Origin: Marsupella aquatica
Taxonomy: Eukaryota; Plantae; Marchantiophyta
Length of the DNA stretch: 64,000 bases
Direction of reading: 5' to 3'
Assembly: GCA_973895155.1 (NCBI GenBank)
Contig: OZ316897.1
Location: forward strand, 15,313,375-15,377,374
In this document: positions 61,967-64,000 of the stretch, one piece after another
Numbering within the stretch: the stretch's first letter is position 1
Layout: each line of letters starts with the position of its first letter
Notes under the pieces: generated by a model
What the model was told of the DNA's origin: nothing
Seen by the model: only the letters and a program-made list of their open reading frames with translations
The model's database searches: none
Translations under genes and position numbers: made by a program

Positions 61967-64000
61967 TGTTAGATATTGCTCTAGTCTTGTGACTCTTGTG
62001 CTAACCATAGTTAGGCTAACTCGGGTTAGGACCTAGCTAAGGTTAGCGGTAGTGCTGTTGTGCATATAGCCAGGGCTGATGCCAGACCCTGGTGGAACTT
62101 AGGCTCATTGTTACGGAGCTAGTTGAGAGATAGGGAGAGCTTGTGCTGTGGATGCTTGGTATGGCCGGTCGGCCTAGAGTGCAGTAAAGCTCTTGTGTGT
62201 TCCCGTGGACGTAGCCTCATGTGGAGGTGAACCACGTATCTCTCTGTGTCGACTATTGTGCGTTGGATGGTTCATGGGCTTGCCGTTGCGAATGTCGTCT
62301 ATGCTCAACAAGTGGTATCAGAGCATGCCTGGGAGGTGACGAGGTTTTTTCATGACAGGTGTTTTCCAGCGTTCATTGTCGATGGTACATTCAGAGTTTC
62401 ATTGCATGAAACTCGATTGTGTGTGGCTGAGCGGATAGGTTAGTGAGAGGGCATTCTAACGGTGGTTAGAGCTCGCTGATCGGTATCCGTGGTGCAGAGG
62501 AATTGAAGTTTGTATTGTTCAGGGTTTATTCGTGTTCGACGGTATTTCGGGGGAGAAACCAGAGATCGTTTCTTCAACGGTGTGAGCTGTGCGGTGTGCG
62601 GGGCGTCGCATGTGATAGTTCAAGTTGAAGGTTGGAGCGTGCTGGTCGTTTTTGTATCTAGTTTGCTGACGTTTGCGGAACGAGTGCGTCGTGACGAGTG
62701 AAGGAGGCGTTCTGGTTTTTTGACAAGCTATGGTGCTTGTTTTTCCCTGAACCGGATTACTCGTCGTGACGCTTGACTCGGAGGAAGAAACGCGAAGTGC
62801 TGAGGCTCAACGGAGAGATCGTGGCGAGACGGTCGTTTTGAGTCCGGGATTGGCACTTGACGCGGAGTGAAGGCGACGCAACAGAAGTTCTTTCTCTGGT
62901 GGAGCTTCAGACGTGCCGGTGCAATTCAGAAACATTTTCATGTCGGCGGTCATCACTTTTCTCATTGGAAACCAAAGCGGAGGCGGCTAAGGTTTGTAAC
63001 ACGGCCTTTGTGTCATTTTGGGCACATTTTTAAGGTTAGTTTAGGGCATTTTTTGCCCCAATACGGCCCCAATACCCGACAAACCAGGTTTGCCATACGC
63101 CCCGGCACGCACACCGGCCTCCCACACCCCCTTAAGCGTGAAAACATGCTTTTTTGGGCCCAAATACGGCCAAAAACGCCCATATACGGCCCAAAAACGC
63201 GAAAATACGCGCGTTTTGACCCCTTTAAACCCGTTTTTTTCACATTTTTTGTTGTTTATACGCGATTCTGGCCATGAATACGCGCGCGTTGCCGCAAATA
63301 CGCACGCCTTTGCCAGGGGCTTTAAGACCCCTTTAGAGTGAGTTTTTCTGAATTTTTTTTCTCTCCTCCTCCTCATTGGTTGTGCCTCATCCCGGGCCTC
63401 CGTTTTAACCGCTCCGACAGGGGGAACGCCCCCCTGTGAGCCCTGTTGGATTGTGCGGGAATATTCCCAAAAAATAGAGAGCTGTTTTTTGGCCGTCACA
63501 CAAAAATTCTGTCCGCCGTACGGTAATTTTTTTGGTTCTTTTTTGGTGAGGACGTTGCCACTGGAGTTAGCAATGCGGCGCACCGATCACATCGCGATTC
63601 CAACGATAGGTTGTACTTGGTATTTCGGTTATTCTCTGAGGTGGTCAAAACGGTGGAGTTTCCCAAGGTTTTACCCACCCCGACCAAAATTTGAATAACT
63701 TTTCCGTCGAATTTTGATTTTGATTTCGGATTTCAGTATCGGACTCCTAGCTTCGTGGGCTACGCGGCGGTGTTGAGTTTTGAGTTTTATGAGAAGTTTC
63801 AAAAAAAGACGTTTTTTCGTGATTGTTTCATATGAGTGACTCGGAGGATACTAGAAGAATTGGCATCGGTGGAGCTTCAGGATCGTGACGGTTAGACGGA
63901 GAGTCTGAGGAGGAGCTGCTACCGTTTGAGGAGGAACTTATAACACCGGTACGATCACCGGTGCGGCGTGCAGTGGAGGAAGTTGTGTTACTACCAGAGC
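61967..64000 (+). mobile_element. LTR retrotransposon 5' part: LTR 61967-62310 (344 bp), PBS 62313-62324, ~1.5 kb leader, probable gag start
   Basis: TGTT...AACA LTR, then AG and TGGTATCAGAGC. The leader is homologous to 1-1135 in the opposite orientation. Confidence 0.92.
63832..64000 (+). pseudogene. Probable start of gag, with a premature stop
   Basis: MSDSEDTRRIGIGGASGS*RLDGESEEELLPFEEELITPVRSPV... The frame is open to the window end except for TGA at 63886 (compatible with CGA>TGA). The gag assignment rests on position only. Confidence 0.5.

Overview
This is nuclear DNA of a land plant with flagellated sperm; a bryophyte, probably a liverwort, is an inference from gene content and style. 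Six host protein-coding genes can be supported: axonemal ruler CCDC40 (-, 10149-16729); two FMO1-clade flavin monooxygenase paralogues with identical internal exon sizes (+, 21178-24310 and 40616-43414); a KUP/HAK/KT transporter with altered signature motifs (+, ~28634-33390); a single-ORF disordered protein with an N-terminal SQ cluster and E2F-like sites upstream (-, 34037-35662); and the sporopollenin reductase TKPR1/DRL1 (-, 57340-59972). Mobile DNA comprises a 5'-truncated, inactivated L1-type LINE with an 11-bp TSD, several short LINE-tail/SINE-like insertions, MITEs, and an LTR-retrotransposon lineage. That lineage has two PBS-bearing elements pointing out of the two window ends, a perfect solo LTR and two older LTR relics. 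The most unusual unexplained feature is a ~285-bp triplicated, self-complementary unit at 48.47-49.5 kb. It carries six exact AAAGATGATGGGT motifs, each inside a hairpin, and both strands have open frames. Other leads are a ~10-bp-periodic A/T-G/C tract conserved in the retrotransposon leaders, the motif-altered HAK and the SQ-cluster/E2F gene. All calls were made by eye; no database search or folding program was run.
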